Shown piece after piece: positions 9,779 through 19,686 of a stretch of 64,000 nt of DNA (position 1 is the first letter of the stretch; the number at the start of each line of letters is the position of its first letter). The stretch comes from a virus. A program made the translations under genes and the position numbers. A model generated the notes under the pieces. The model had not been told where the DNA came from, ran no database searches, and saw only the letters and a program-made list of their open reading frames with translations. The stretch is from the IMG/VR virus record IMGVR_UViG_3300044837_000078, positions 2,637 through 66,636 of that record; one strand, given 5' to 3'.

Positions 9779-11428
9779 TCAATAGTTGCTTTGCGGACCT
9801 GCCGAGACCTGAACCGGGCTGCCGATGTCGATATCGCGCGACGCTGGCGGATCGACGAAAGTGAGCATCAACGCATCGGCGTGGTCTGGGCTTGCGATGC
9901 CGCGTCGAGCCAACGCTTCTTTCTTTTCAATCACGATCTTGCCGCGCTCATTGCGGCCCCACTTCACCAGAGATAGCTGAAGGCAAAGCGCGTCGCTTTC
10001 CTTATCGCCACTCGGCAGCGCCAGCAGATCCGTCAACGCGTGCTCTTTGCCACCTTCGGCATTTTCAAGAAACCGGACGTGCTCATGGGTGCGCTGTAAG
10101 GCCGTACGGCACAGCCACCAGACTTCGGCCTTGAGGTTGCCGAACATCTCCTCGGATGTCCGATCGTCAGGCCAAAGACGTCGCGATGGCGGCAGGCCGG
10201 TATTGATCGCAACAACGCCGATCCCGGCGACCGGGTTTTTCATCAACGTGGAAGAGACGCCGGCGCCGACGCCGGGCGCGTCAAAACCGATCCACCTCAC
10301 CGTGGTGGTGCGGGCGATACCAATTGCCCAGAACGCGGTCTCCGTCGTGTCGGGATCACCGCGAGATTGCGGCGTGTCGACGATCGCGCCTCTACGCACG
10401 ACGGCAATAGACTTGGCTTTGCCGGCGCCGACATCGAGGCCGAGAGTGCTCTGGTTCGATGCGACGAGGCGAGGCTCCAGCGCCTTCAACCGCTTTGCGC
10501 TTTCAACCCAGATAGCCGGGATACACACGCCCTCAACCGAGGCCGAATAGTCGATGTCGTATTCGCTGGCCCATGTCGTTGGGTCAGAGAAGCTTGCCTG
10601 CTTCGTCGCAGCCCACTCGTTCGTCTTCCGTGGATCATCGCGCCAGTGCAACCGGGCAATCTGCCGCTGGCCCAAAATCGAATGCCGCTTGCGGGCGAAA
10701 AGGTTCCCCATGCCGTTGACGGATGAAATCCAGATCACGCAATCGGTGTTGCCGGATAACGCCTTCTCGACTGTCTCGGCATTGGGAACGTGTGCGGCCT
10801 CGTCCAGAAAATAGACCGTCGATCGGCCACCGCGGCCCATGTTATCACCGCCTTCACCGGAGATGACCGCTTCCGACTTCGGGTTGGCGAGGCGCATGTA
10901 GTTGTCGTGAACGCCCGCATTGAACCCCTCGGGGAGCATCTCGGTCGGCAACCTCCGCAACATGATCCGTAGCTTCGCGAAGATGCTGTCCGGGTTATCC
11001 TTCTTGTCCACAAAATCGACGATGCGTGAGCCGAACGTCGCCTTGAAACCAGGCACGAACAGCCACTGATGCAATGCGACGCCGGCACACAAGTACGTCG
11101 CGCCGGTGTCCCGGCTTTTTTCGATCAACCCTTCTTCGGGAACGCGGATCCGATCAAGTATCCAAAGCACGATCTCGCGCTGCTTCGGCCATAGCTTGAA
11201 CTGAAGGAACGGACCACCGGGTTTGCCGGTGAGCCTCGGGTCATAGGTCCAAACCCAGCGATCGAACCAGTACAGAATATCGGCCGCGCACTTCGCGCGC
11301 TCGACTTCCCATCCACCTTCCTGCGCAGCGGCTGACCTACGTTCCCTCTCCGCCCTGATCGCCGCCATCATCGCTGCCGGCTGCGGCAAGGGGACCGAAG
11401 ATAGCTTCGAGCGCTGCGAGTTGTTCAT
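9779..11428 (-). CDS. terL: Terminase large subunit
   Basis: Walker A variant EKSRDTGAT, Walker B FLDEAA, nuclease LGLDVG and SPDHADAL; start uncertain. Confidence 0.93.
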   Translation of the reverse strand: MNNSQRSKLSSVPLPQPAAMMAAIRAERERRSAAAQEGGWEVERAKCAADILYWFDRWVWTYDPRLTGKPGGPFLQFKLWPKQREIVLWILDRIRVPEEGLIEKSRDTGATYLCAGVALHQWLFVPGFKATFGSRIVDFVDKKDNPDSIFAKLRIMLRRLPTEMLPEGFNAGVHDNYMRLANPKSEAVISGEGGDNMGRGGRSTVYFLDEAAHVPNAETVEKALSGNTDCVIWISSVNGMGNLFARKRHSILGQRQIARLHWRDDPRKTNEWAATKQASFSDPTTWASEYDIDYSASVEGVCIPAIWVESAKRLKALEPRLVASNQSTLGLDVGAGKAKSIAVVRRGAIVDTPQSRGDPDTTETAFWAIGIARTTTVRWIGFDAPGVGAGVSSTLMKNPVAGIGVVAINTGLPPSRRLWPDDRTSEEMFGNLKAEVWWLCRTALQRTHEHVRFLENAEGGKEHALTDLLALPSGDKESDALCLQLSLVKWGRNERGKIVIEKKEALARRGIASPDHADALMLTFVDPPASRDIDIGSPVQVSAGPQSNY

Positions 11429-11825
11429 CCGAGGCTTTGGTCAGGTCAACGGTCGTGATCGGGCCGCCACCTCTGCCGGTCAGTTCGATTAGTGATTTTT
11501 CAGTTTGCCCAAGATGGAATTTCGACAGGTGCACCGTCATCTGCACGCCGGCGCTGTTGGGCAACAGCATCAATTGAAACTGCCGGCGCCGGATGGAAAG
11601 CATGCCGAGCGCCTTGCCACGGTCCCAGATTTCCCGGAGTTCCGGCTCTTTCAGCCGCCGCTTCATGGTGTCGAGCGACACCTCGAAGAAGGCTGCCAGT
11701 TCCTCCATCGTGCACTGAAGCTTCGATAGCCGCAGCAAATTGGCCTTGTTGACGGCGATCTTCGGCCGGCCGATTTTCCTGCGCTTGCGCTTTTTTGGTG
11801 CCTTTGGCTTCTCGGACTCGCTCAT
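11337..11825 (-). CDS. terS: Terminase small subunit
   Basis: GRPK + HTH (CTMEELAAFFEVSLDT), K..LGQ, ELTGRGGGPI; directly upstream of TerL. Confidence 0.85.
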   Translation of the reverse strand: MSESEKPKAPKKRKRRKIGRPKIAVNKANLLRLSKLQCTMEELAAFFEVSLDTMKRRLKEPELREIWDRGKALGMLSIRRRQFQLMLLPNSAGVQMTVHLSKFHLGQTEKSLIELTGRGGGPITTVDLTKASDEQLAALEAIFGPLAAAGSDDGGDQGGEGT

Positions 11826-12178
11826 GCCAAATCACCGTCGGCCCCGGCCTCAGATCCACCAAAGTGAACGCAAAGCCTGTCGCTCAACGGCTCATACCTT
11901 CGGCACAATGCCGGACGGTCCTGATAGATCGAACAGCGCCCGCCGTCTGTCAGCTTCGTGCACCGGAACAGCAGTTCCGCGTACTCGCGGCCTGTCTTGT
12001 CGTCCGTCCACCTGCCAAGTTCCTGCATCGGTTCAAACGGCAGACCCTGCGCCTGCAGCTGGTTAACCACGCTGACATCACCATCAACCCAATACGTGGC
12101 AGCCGCGCCATCCTCGCCGGACAGATGAAGCATTTTGCAACATTGACCTGGCGCATAGCATCGATCGCAAATTGTCAT
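11822..12178 (-). CDS. YkgJ-family cysteine-cluster protein
   Basis: CDRC...GQCC and C..L...GRCSIY..RP..CR.Y. Confidence 0.8.
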   Translation of the reverse strand: MTICDRCYAPGQCCKMLHLSGEDGAAATYWVDGDVSVVNQLQAQGLPFEPMQELGRWTDDKTGREYAELLFRCTKLTDGGRCSIYQDRPALCRRYEPLSDRLCVHFGGSEAGADGDLA

Positions 12179-12396
12179 GCCAGTTCGACGTTGGCCGCCT
12201 TCTTGCCGTTGCCCTTGCGAGAACCTGAATCTACCAAATCGTAACTCACGGCCTGGTCGGGCAGCAGGATGGTCAGCGAGGCAGCGAGATCCGTCCGGTG
12301 GACGAACACTTCCGGGCTACCGTCGGCCGGCTTGATGAAGCCAAACCCCTTCTCGTCTGAAAAAAACTTGACGATACCGGTGATGCGTTCGGCCAT
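12175..12396 (-). CDS. csp: Cold-shock domain protein
   Basis: GIVKFF..EKGFGFI (RNP1), VFVH (RNP2), AANV. Confidence 0.93.
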   Translation of the reverse strand: MAERITGIVKFFSDEKGFGFIKPADGSPEVFVHRTDLAASLTILLPDQAVSYDLVDSGSRKGNGKKAANVELA

Positions 12397-12404
12397 GGCG
12401 ATGT

Positions 12405-12821
12405 TCAGGCTGACGGTGCGGCCGGTGCAGATGGGGCCGCAGGTGCGGGTGCCGGTGCAGGCGGCAAGGACGCCACCAGCGCGGTCGTCTCCTGCGAGAC
12501 GGTTGCGGAACTCGCCGCGATGCTGGTCGAGAGCGTGCCCAGCTTGTCGATCGAGGCCTGGATCGCAGGATCCGCAGCGGCCGAACTTGCGGCGACCGCG
12601 GCGGCAAGCGCCACCAGTTCCGCCTTCACGGCGTTGTCGTGCGCCACGACGTTGTCGTTCAGGCTTTGGACCTTGCCGTCAAGGTCGGTGACGGCGGCGG
12701 CGAGTGCATCGGATTGCGTGGTCATTTTGCGTATCTCCTCGAGGATAAATTGGACGGTTTCTAAGGTCGCGAACACGGCGCGCGCGAGCAGCTTCTGGAT
12801 TTTTGGGTCGTGAACGTTCAT
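12405..12821 (-). CDS. Hypothetical Ala-rich coiled-coil protein
   Basis: ORF with a Pro/Ala tail, co-directional with the late operon. Confidence 0.6.
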   Translation of the reverse strand: MNVHDPKIQKLLARAVFATLETVQFILEEIRKMTTQSDALAAAVTDLDGKVQSLNDNVVAHDNAVKAELVALAAAVAASSAAADPAIQASIDKLGTLSTSIAASSATVSQETTALVASLPPAPAPAPAAPSAPAAPSA

Positions 12822-13403
12822 GCGATCAACAGCCCGAGGCCCAGGATCAACGCCACCGCGGCGCCAATCACCACGAACGGCCAGATCGGGTCCCGCTCGC
12901 CTTCGCCCTCATGCCAGAACGAGCGCCAGGCGCTGTCGCGATGGCGAAGACCGAAGTTTCGGGACATTTTTTGGAACTCGCGCGCAAGGGCGGGGCAAAA
13001 GGAAGTAGCTGCCAAGGGATGCTTGTCAGTTTTTCCGTTAACGATTGAGGGGAAGTAGCAAGCGCCGTCAGGCGCGCTTGGCTTTCACCAAAAGCGCATC
13101 AGCTCAGTAGGAAACTTTAATGCTCTGCGGGGTGTCTTGTGGGGGAGCGCGAGCTTAGGGCTCGCTCCCTGGTCGGCCTCGTTTTGTGGCCGGGGCATAG
13201 TTCGCCGGGGTGTTGTTCTGGGCGCGATAGGGGAGCTATGCATTTTTGAATGTCAAGGGACATCGAGGACAGGACATACTTTTTTTGATGTCCCTTTTCC
13301 AACTAACACTTTGCAACATAACATTAAAAAATTATTTTCAAAAAGCCATGAGGACATCGAAAAGGGACATCGTGTTTTTGCCACTCCTAACCGATTTTAA
13401 CCT

Positions 13404-14201
13404 TCACTCACGTTTCCTGAACGAGTGATTCGACCAACCGCGATTCGCATAGACGCGGCTGCTTGGAGGTGGGTCAGTGAACTCTTCCTCACGCCTGAAG
13501 ATGCCAAGCGAGCCGGGAAAAATCGACGATAGCCCGGCAAACTTGTCAGCACCGGATGCGACGTTCTCGGCTATTCGCTTCGCCATCTTGATCTTGAAAC
13601 CCAACAAGTATGTCGAATAGGTAGTTGCGGCCACACCCGTCGCCTGCATCGCCAATCTATATCTTTTGTACCCCGCGTTCAGTGAGGAAAGACCGCCCGA
13701 GGCGTTCAGCGCTACAATATGGCGCTCCACCTCATCGACGGCAGTTTCGGCAGTGGCGACAATCTCTTGCGTTAATCGCCAGGCCGCACCGAGGTTGCCA
13801 GCTTCATTCACCACAGTGTCTCGCACTTCGGCTGCGCATAGGTTGATAGCCACATCCTGCTCGACGTCCAGAACGGCGAGGCACTGCTGGTAGACCAACT
13901 CGGCATGACTGGCTTTGGAGAACCATAGCGTGTCGAACGTCACCAGCGGGCCATCGCTTTCGATCAGATCGGGCTCGGCCTGTATCTGCAGCCAGCATGG
14001 TGTCTCCCCAGCGTTGCCGACCAATACCTTGATCGCCGTTAATCCGAGGCCGCCGACATAGGCCAACATCAGCTCGGCTTTGGCTTTGGAAAGCTTCTCG
14101 CCTGCACCCATACGGCAAGGCAATACCGCGCTGGATTTAAGTTCGCGTAAAGGGTGAAGTGTTTCACGTGAAACGATTGGTTCCGCTTGCATAATGCCCA
14201 T
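13404..14201 (-). CDS. Hypothetical protein
   Basis: 265 aa ORF abutting the DUF5131 gene. Confidence 0.55.
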   Translation of the reverse strand: MGIMQAEPIVSRETLHPLRELKSSAVLPCRMGAGEKLSKAKAELMLAYVGGLGLTAIKVLVGNAGETPCWLQIQAEPDLIESDGPLVTFDTLWFSKASHAELVYQQCLAVLDVEQDVAINLCAAEVRDTVVNEAGNLGAAWRLTQEIVATAETAVDEVERHIVALNASGGLSSLNAGYKRYRLAMQATGVAATTYSTYLLGFKIKMAKRIAENVASGADKFAGLSSIFPGSLGIFRREEEFTDPPPSSRVYANRGWSNHSFRKRE

Positions 14202-15257
14202 TCAGGAACCGGGCATTCCGTTGTGCTCGAGGCCGTCCAAAAGGCGGCCCGCCTTGGCCTTACCGACCCGTCGCAACCACGCCGCACCTTTGGGCATCGT
14301 CAGCAGATCGGCGACCGTGTCGCCATATCGTCCGTCCGGTGCAACCAATAGGTGATGATGCGAGCCGTCATCGTCGGCCCATTCCTGTTCGGATGACGGC
14401 GCATATTCGCCAAACTGCTTGAAAAAGAACGCCACGTCCGCGGCCGCGCACTGTTCACGGAGCGAGCGCGGCCAATCCGGATGCATAGGTCGGGCGCCGC
14501 GACCGCTCTCGCCGCCGACGATGACCCAATCCAGCGTCGCTTTTGGCGCGACACCTTCCAGTGACGGATTTGCTTTACCGGTCAGCACGTTCATGTGCTG
14601 GGTTCTCGCCCAATGCCTCCTTTGCACCATTGTCAGATCGAGAGGCCCGAGCAGCGGCTCGGCTGAGATGAAGCGCACCGCCGCCGGCGTTTCCAGTAAC
14701 CACAGAATACGATCATCGGCTTCCTGCTGGCGCTCGGCCGAGACGCCGAGCCAGACGTTGGGGAGCGGCCACATGGTCCATAGGTCATCCGCCGTAAAGC
14801 AGCCTCCGCGCCCTGTGGACGCATCAGCAACACGCCGACAGATTTCTATGGGAGAGCCGGAGAAATACTCGCGCATCCGTTCCGGGCGTTTTGTCAAAAC
14901 CTGAAACGTATGCTGCGGCGACAGCGCCATCACCGCGAACATCCGGTCGATCCACTCATCCGGCACGAAGTCGGCGAACAGGTCGGTCATCGAACAAACG
15001 AAAATCATGCGCGGCTTTTTCCAGCGCAGCGGCTGGGTCAGCATCTTGTCGTCGAGAAACAGCTCGATGTCCTTGCGATGGCCTGGCTTGAACGGAAGCC
15101 CGGTGCCGAGGCGCTTATTAAAGCCTTCGGCGTAGCAGAACTCGCAGCCGGTGGTGGCATGCTCGCAATGCCAGCCGACCTTGCCGGTTCTCAGGTTGCG
15201 CGCCCGGATCGGATTCCAAGTCGCGTCGGTCCATTCGATCGCGGATTTGTCGGCCAT
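14202..15257 (-). CDS. DUF5131 (phage Gp37/Gp68) radical-SAM-like protein
   Basis: IEWTDATWNP, C.....GCEFCYA, FVCSMTDLF, LTKRPER, SAEPLLG, WVIVGGESG, FFFKQ.G. Confidence 0.92.
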   Translation of the reverse strand: MADKSAIEWTDATWNPIRARNLRTGKVGWHCEHATTGCEFCYAEGFNKRLGTGLPFKPGHRKDIELFLDDKMLTQPLRWKKPRMIFVCSMTDLFADFVPDEWIDRMFAVMALSPQHTFQVLTKRPERMREYFSGSPIEICRRVADASTGRGGCFTADDLWTMWPLPNVWLGVSAERQQEADDRILWLLETPAAVRFISAEPLLGPLDLTMVQRRHWARTQHMNVLTGKANPSLEGVAPKATLDWVIVGGESGRGARPMHPDWPRSLREQCAAADVAFFFKQFGEYAPSSEQEWADDDGSHHHLLVAPDGRYGDTVADLLTMPKGAAWLRRVGKAKAGRLLDGLEHNGMPGS

Positions 15258-15265
15258 GCTTCCCC

Positions 15266-15949
15266 CTACGAAACCAGCACCTTGTCCCGGATTAGCCCCA
15301 TTGTGATGATGGTGATGCCGTGCGTACGGCGACGAAAGAAGGTCCGCGGCGAGATCCCGCGGGCCTTGCAGCGCCGCGCCAGATCGGCCCTGATCGCCTC
15401 CCATTGCGCGCCCAAGCCAACTGCCTTGGAAACCTCCGGCTTGTCAGCCAGATACCGCGGCGTCCACTGAAACGCTTGCTCCATACGGGTGATCTGGGCC
15501 GATGACGGTCGGCGCTGAACCCGGTTTTTAGCCTCTTCCTCCTCAGCAAGGTCTCCGCTCCGGTATTTTTCGATCCACTCCATGTTCGACATTTGCGGTC
15601 GCACCACTTCCGGCATCGCCGAGCCGTAGCCCTTCGGCCGCACGGTCACCGGCAGGCGCGCCAGCACCTCATAGGCCTCGGTGATCCGGTCCATCACATG
15701 GACCACGTTCCACCGCTCGGGCAACTCGCGCGGCCGGCGGAGCGCGCTTTTGGACTTCTCACCCATGGCACCAACCAGGTGCGCGCGCAGCGCCTTATCG
15801 CCGTCCGCCTCAATCAAGACCCCAAGCCTGGCCCGCTCCAAAAGGGACATCGAGGACACCTGGGACATCGAAAAAGGGACATCCTCGTCCGGATGTCCTC
15901 CAGTTGCATTTTCTTGTTTCTTTTCAGCCATTTGATAGTGCATTCCCAT
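15266..15949 (-). CDS. Putative late-gene transcriptional regulator (DUF6362-like)
   Basis: W....V..RI.EA...L..LP, PSSAQITRME.A..W and a C-terminal HTH; Q-like position. The true start may be downstream. Confidence 0.55.
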   Translation of the reverse strand: MGMHYQMAEKKQENATGGHPDEDVPFSMSQVSSMSLLERARLGVLIEADGDKALRAHLVGAMGEKSKSALRRPRELPERWNVVHVMDRITEAYEVLARLPVTVRPKGYGSAMPEVVRPQMSNMEWIEKYRSGDLAEEEEAKNRVQRRPSSAQITRMEQAFQWTPRYLADKPEVSKAVGLGAQWEAIRADLARRCKARGISPRTFFRRRTHGITIITMGLIRDKVLVS

Positions 15950-15994
15950 GCTGAAAAATCCGGTTTGAGGACATCAGGGACATCGAGGACATCG
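15842..15994. repeat. GGACATC iteron cluster, putative replication origin
   Basis: About 8 direct or inverted copies of (A/G)GGACATC immediately downstream of the primase-helicase gene. Confidence 0.65.
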
Positions 15995-15999
15995 GGCCT

Positions 16000-18291
16000 C
16001 TACTGCGAAGGTATTTCCGGGAATTCGGGTTGCTCACCGGCCAGCGCCAGCGGGTCCTCGTTGACCTGTTTGCCGGGCACGATCCAGACAAAGGGATTGA
16101 TCCGGCCGATCAGCCCGATCGTCTGGAACTGGTTGGAGGCATCACGCAGCCGCTTGTTGATGGTGTTGTCCGGCGCGGTTCCACCGTCCGGGGCCTTCTG
16201 CAGATAGATGTCCTTCCAGCGACCAGCCTTGACGACCCGGGAGATCGAACGGGGCAGCTTCAGCACGCCCGGCGTTGGCTCGCCATGCTCCTCGATCGCG
16301 GTGCGCAGGGCGTTGAGGATCACGGTGCGGTCATAGGTCAGACGCGGCCCCTTGGGCACGTCCGCCCGCTGGCGAGTTTCGCCCGCCCCCTCGAACGGCA
16401 CGATCACGCAAGAAGTCCGCGCGCTGCCGAACTTGTTCACGGTGCCGTCCTTGACCGCATGAAGCACAAAATCGAACTCGTCGCCCTGCTTGCCCTCGCG
16501 CTGCTTGATCACCTTCAGCGTCCGAATGTCGCGACCGTCGTCGTCCTTGATCTGGATAATCTCGCGGCCCTCGATCCGGGTTTTGAACGAGACCTTTAAG
16601 ATGGTATCGACGTTGTTGGTCAACTGCTCGTTGCCGCGGTGCTTGCCGGATGAATTGGTATGTCCGACGATGATCAGGGTGGCGCCGGTTTCGGCCACCG
16701 CCCGGCGGAAATAGCTGCGAATCCGCGACACCACCTCGCTATCGATCTCGGAGGCGCCAGGGGTTGCTGCGTTGTAGGTATCGACCACGATGGCGCCCAG
16801 CCGGATGCCGTCAAACCGGGTCCGCTCGATGCCGAGCACCTCGTTGATCAGCAAGTCCCCGTTGGGCTCATTCGGCCACAGCGGCAGCGGGTGCTGTAGC
16901 GCGGCAAAGGGTAAGGGCTCGAGCGATAGGCCATAGTGCCGCCGGTAGGCCCGCATCCGCGCGCCGGCGCCCTCGGCAGCCTCATAGGCGCACCACACCA
17001 CGCCGGTGGACTTTAGGATGCGGCGCCCCAGGAACGGCACGCCGCGGGCCAGCGCCATCGCCATCGAAAATGTCAGGAACGACTTTCCGGTGCCGGTATC
17101 GCCCATCAGCACCACCACCTGGCGCTCCGGGATCATGTCCTCGATCAGGTATTCGTATTGGGCCCCGGGCAGGTCCTGGTCAGCCCACATCCGCAGGCCC
17201 ATGGTGGATTCGAACGGCGCCGGCCGCCACTCCGGGGCCCGCCCGGCTATCTCGGCCAGCTCCTCGGCCGTGCCCTCGCGTTGCCGTACCCAGTCGGTGA
17301 CGTCGGCGCCCTTCGGCGCGTCCGGCCATACGCCGGAAAAGTCGGCGAGCCGAATCCGGCTGGCGATGCCGTGCAGCGACCGCGCGATTATGTCGCCACG
17401 CTCTCGGCCGGGCTGGTCGTTGTCGAGCAGGATCACGACGTCGCGGCCGCGCAGCACCTCGGCATGATCGGGGCGCCAGTTCCTCGCCCCGCCGCTGTTG
17501 GTGGTGGCCGCCAGGCCGATGCCGCGCAGCGTCTCGACGTCCTTTTCGCCCTCGGGGAGATAGACGATCTCGGCAGCCCCGGCCTCCTCGCGCAATTCCA
17601 TCAGGCGGTAGAGACCGTGATTGACGCCGGTCGGGAAAGACTGGTGCTCGGCACCGGTCCACTTTTGGACCCGATCTTCCGTCGCCTGGTACCAGTCGCC
17701 ATCGCGGCCGCGGATGAACTCGCCGCCGCTCAGGCCCCATATCCAATGCCCGGCGCCATCGGGCCGGCGCTGCATGAAGGTCTTTTTGTGCTTGCCGTCG
17801 TCCCGCCATTCGATCCGGCAGACCTGGTACAGCAGGTTACCGCTGCCGTCGGCGTAGTCGTAGGCCTTGGTGATCTCGCGCTTGGTGGTCTGGCGCGGCG
17901 CCGGCGCGGCATCGTAGGCGTCGGGGTCGAACGGAGCCTCGTCATGCCGCAGATGGCCGTTGGCGGCCTTGGCGGGCTGGTGCTGGACACCGCCGTCCGC
18001 AGGCAGCGGCAAGCCCGCGATCTGCGCGCACTCAACCACGGCGGCGCGGAAGTCGATGCCGCTGGTCTCCATCAAAAACGAGAAGATATCGCCGTGCTTG
18101 CCGGAGGAAAAATCGTGGTAAAATCCCTTGCTGTCGTTGACGGTGAACGAGGGCGACTTCTCATCCTGAAACGGCGACAGCCCCTTGAACTCGGCACCCT
18201 GCTTCTTCAGCTTGACCTTGCGGCCGACGACTTCGGAGACCGGAAGCCGGGCGCGCAACTCGTCGAGAAATAGTGCGGGGAATGCTGTCAT
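16000..18291 (-). CDS. Primase-helicase (CHC2 zinc-finger-like + TOPRIM + RecA-like AAA_25)
   Basis: GLSPF.DEKSPSF, EGEKD, DND..G, Walker A GDTGTGKS, Walker B VVDT. Confidence 0.92.
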   Translation of the reverse strand: MTAFPALFLDELRARLPVSEVVGRKVKLKKQGAEFKGLSPFQDEKSPSFTVNDSKGFYHDFSSGKHGDIFSFLMETSGIDFRAAVVECAQIAGLPLPADGGVQHQPAKAANGHLRHDEAPFDPDAYDAAPAPRQTTKREITKAYDYADGSGNLLYQVCRIEWRDDGKHKKTFMQRRPDGAGHWIWGLSGGEFIRGRDGDWYQATEDRVQKWTGAEHQSFPTGVNHGLYRLMELREEAGAAEIVYLPEGEKDVETLRGIGLAATTNSGGARNWRPDHAEVLRGRDVVILLDNDQPGRERGDIIARSLHGIASRIRLADFSGVWPDAPKGADVTDWVRQREGTAEELAEIAGRAPEWRPAPFESTMGLRMWADQDLPGAQYEYLIEDMIPERQVVVLMGDTGTGKSFLTFSMAMALARGVPFLGRRILKSTGVVWCAYEAAEGAGARMRAYRRHYGLSLEPLPFAALQHPLPLWPNEPNGDLLINEVLGIERTRFDGIRLGAIVVDTYNAATPGASEIDSEVVSRIRSYFRRAVAETGATLIIVGHTNSSGKHRGNEQLTNNVDTILKVSFKTRIEGREIIQIKDDDGRDIRTLKVIKQREGKQGDEFDFVLHAVKDGTVNKFGSARTSCVIVPFEGAGETRQRADVPKGPRLTYDRTVILNALRTAIEEHGEPTPGVLKLPRSISRVVKAGRWKDIYLQKAPDGGTAPDNTINKRLRDASNQFQTIGLIGRINPFVWIVPGKQVNEDPLALAGEQPEFPEIPSQ

Positions 18292-18653
18292 GCGTCCAGC
18301 ACCGCGCGAAATAAATCATCCGCCGCCACGATCTCGGATACCCGCGCGATCAGCGTTGCCGCCTTGACGCCGCGGCGCGCGGCCTCGCGCTGGATCATCT
18401 CAAGCGCCTCACACCCGATCGGCACCTCGATCGTTCGATATTGCGGGCGGCCGCCGTCGGCGAAGTGGTATGGACTCAACGGCGGCGCGCCATCTTCTGT
18501 CGCGACCAGTTCAATGCCGTGCTTGGAGCAGATGCTTTCCACCGTGCCGGTCGAGCAATTGAGCATCCCGGCGATGAACGAGGCATCGCGGCGGTTGCCG
18601 GCATGGCGCCGGATGATGGTCAGCGTCAAGGGGGTGAAGCGGAAGCTGCGCAT
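18288..18653 (-). CDS. Small putative DNA-binding protein
   Basis: C-terminal part of ORF 18288..19139; HTH-like IAGMLNCSTGTV and RHH-like EAARRGV. Confidence 0.5.
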   Translation of the reverse strand: MRSFRFTPLTLTIIRRHAGNRRDASFIAGMLNCSTGTVESICSKHGIELVATEDGAPPLSPYHFADGGRPQYRTIEVPIGCEALEMIQREAARRGVKAATLIARVSEIVAADDLFRAVLDA

Positions 18654-19396
18654 TAGGCCGGCAACCATTGATCCCGAGAGACTGGCCTGCCCACGCCGAG
18701 CTGCAGTGTTTGACGAATCTTGGCGCGCGCGTTCTGATTTGCTCTGGCCTTCGGATGATCCTTGACCAGCGCCCAGATGTCGGCGATGCGCAATGGTTCG
18801 GTGGCGCCCTCGATCACGCTCGCAACCAACTCGGACCATGTCACGTCGCGTAGCGCTGTGACCAGGACGGATCGCGAAAAGATCAATGGCACAAACTGCC
18901 CGTCGATCGCACAGCAGGCGAGAATGTCCGCGTCGGTCGAGCCGTAGGCGCACAGTACCGTCGGCGCCCCGCTGTTGGCGGACGCGCGGGTGCCGTCGAG
19001 ATGGTGAAAGTTGACACGGCCGCGCATGAACAGCAGCGCAGAGGCCCGATCCCAGACGTAGCGGAAGAACGCATCGGTCTCGGTGCGCGCGAATATCAGC
19101 GCGGTGCCGTGGTTGTGATCGGCCATGCGCCCCATCCACTTCGCGATGTCGTCGCTGGTGTAGGGCGGATTGAGAAAGACGCGCCCGAACCAGCGCTGCA
19201 TCAGGCCATTATCGTTGCGCGTGTAGCGATGCTTTGCCGTCGGCCACGGCTGAACTTCCGGCGTGGCGGGGTCGAGATCGAACGAGTCTGCACCACCAAC
19301 CGCAGCAAGGATTGCCGGCGGCGTGAGCCATTCGACGGTCGCAGCACGATTGCTGTGATGGCCACCGATCCCGCCAAAGCGCGACAGCTTGCTCAT
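18653..19396 (-). CDS. dam: Phage DNA N6-adenine methyltransferase
   Basis: EWLTPP, FDLDPA, NPPY, ARTET..F, RGRV.F. Confidence 0.88.
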   Translation of the reverse strand: MSKLSRFGGIGGHHSNRAATVEWLTPPAILAAVGGADSFDLDPATPEVQPWPTAKHRYTRNDNGLMQRWFGRVFLNPPYTSDDIAKWMGRMADHNHGTALIFARTETDAFFRYVWDRASALLFMRGRVNFHHLDGTRASANSGAPTVLCAYGSTDADILACCAIDGQFVPLIFSRSVLVTALRDVTWSELVASVIEGATEPLRIADIWALVKDHPKARANQNARAKIRQTLQLGVGRPVSRDQWLPA

Positions 19397-19686
19397 ACCG
19401 CCGCCGCCCTTGCAAACATGCCCCAGCGCCCGCTTTTCTTGCGCAGCACCATGGCGCGGACTTCGTTCTCGGCAGCGGAATTGTTCTTGAAAAAGTGGTG
19501 CGCGTGTACGATCAGATCGAGATTTTTCTTCAACTCGGAGACGGCGATCGAGCATCCCATCGGAGAGAGGTTGATGCGGGCTGCAATCAGCTCCATCTGG
19601 TCAAGGTCAAGTTTTAGCTTTGAGGCTGCGAGCGCGAGTGCAACCGCAATATCGTCGAAGCATGGCGGTGTGATTGCGTTAGGCAT
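19393..19686 (-). CDS. Hypothetical protein
   Basis: Overlapping start/stop with neighbours. Confidence 0.55.
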   Translation of the reverse strand: MPNAITPPCFDDIAVALALAASKLKLDLDQMELIAARINLSPMGCSIAVSELKKNLDLIVHAHHFFKNNSAAENEVRAMVLRKKSGRWGMFARAAAV

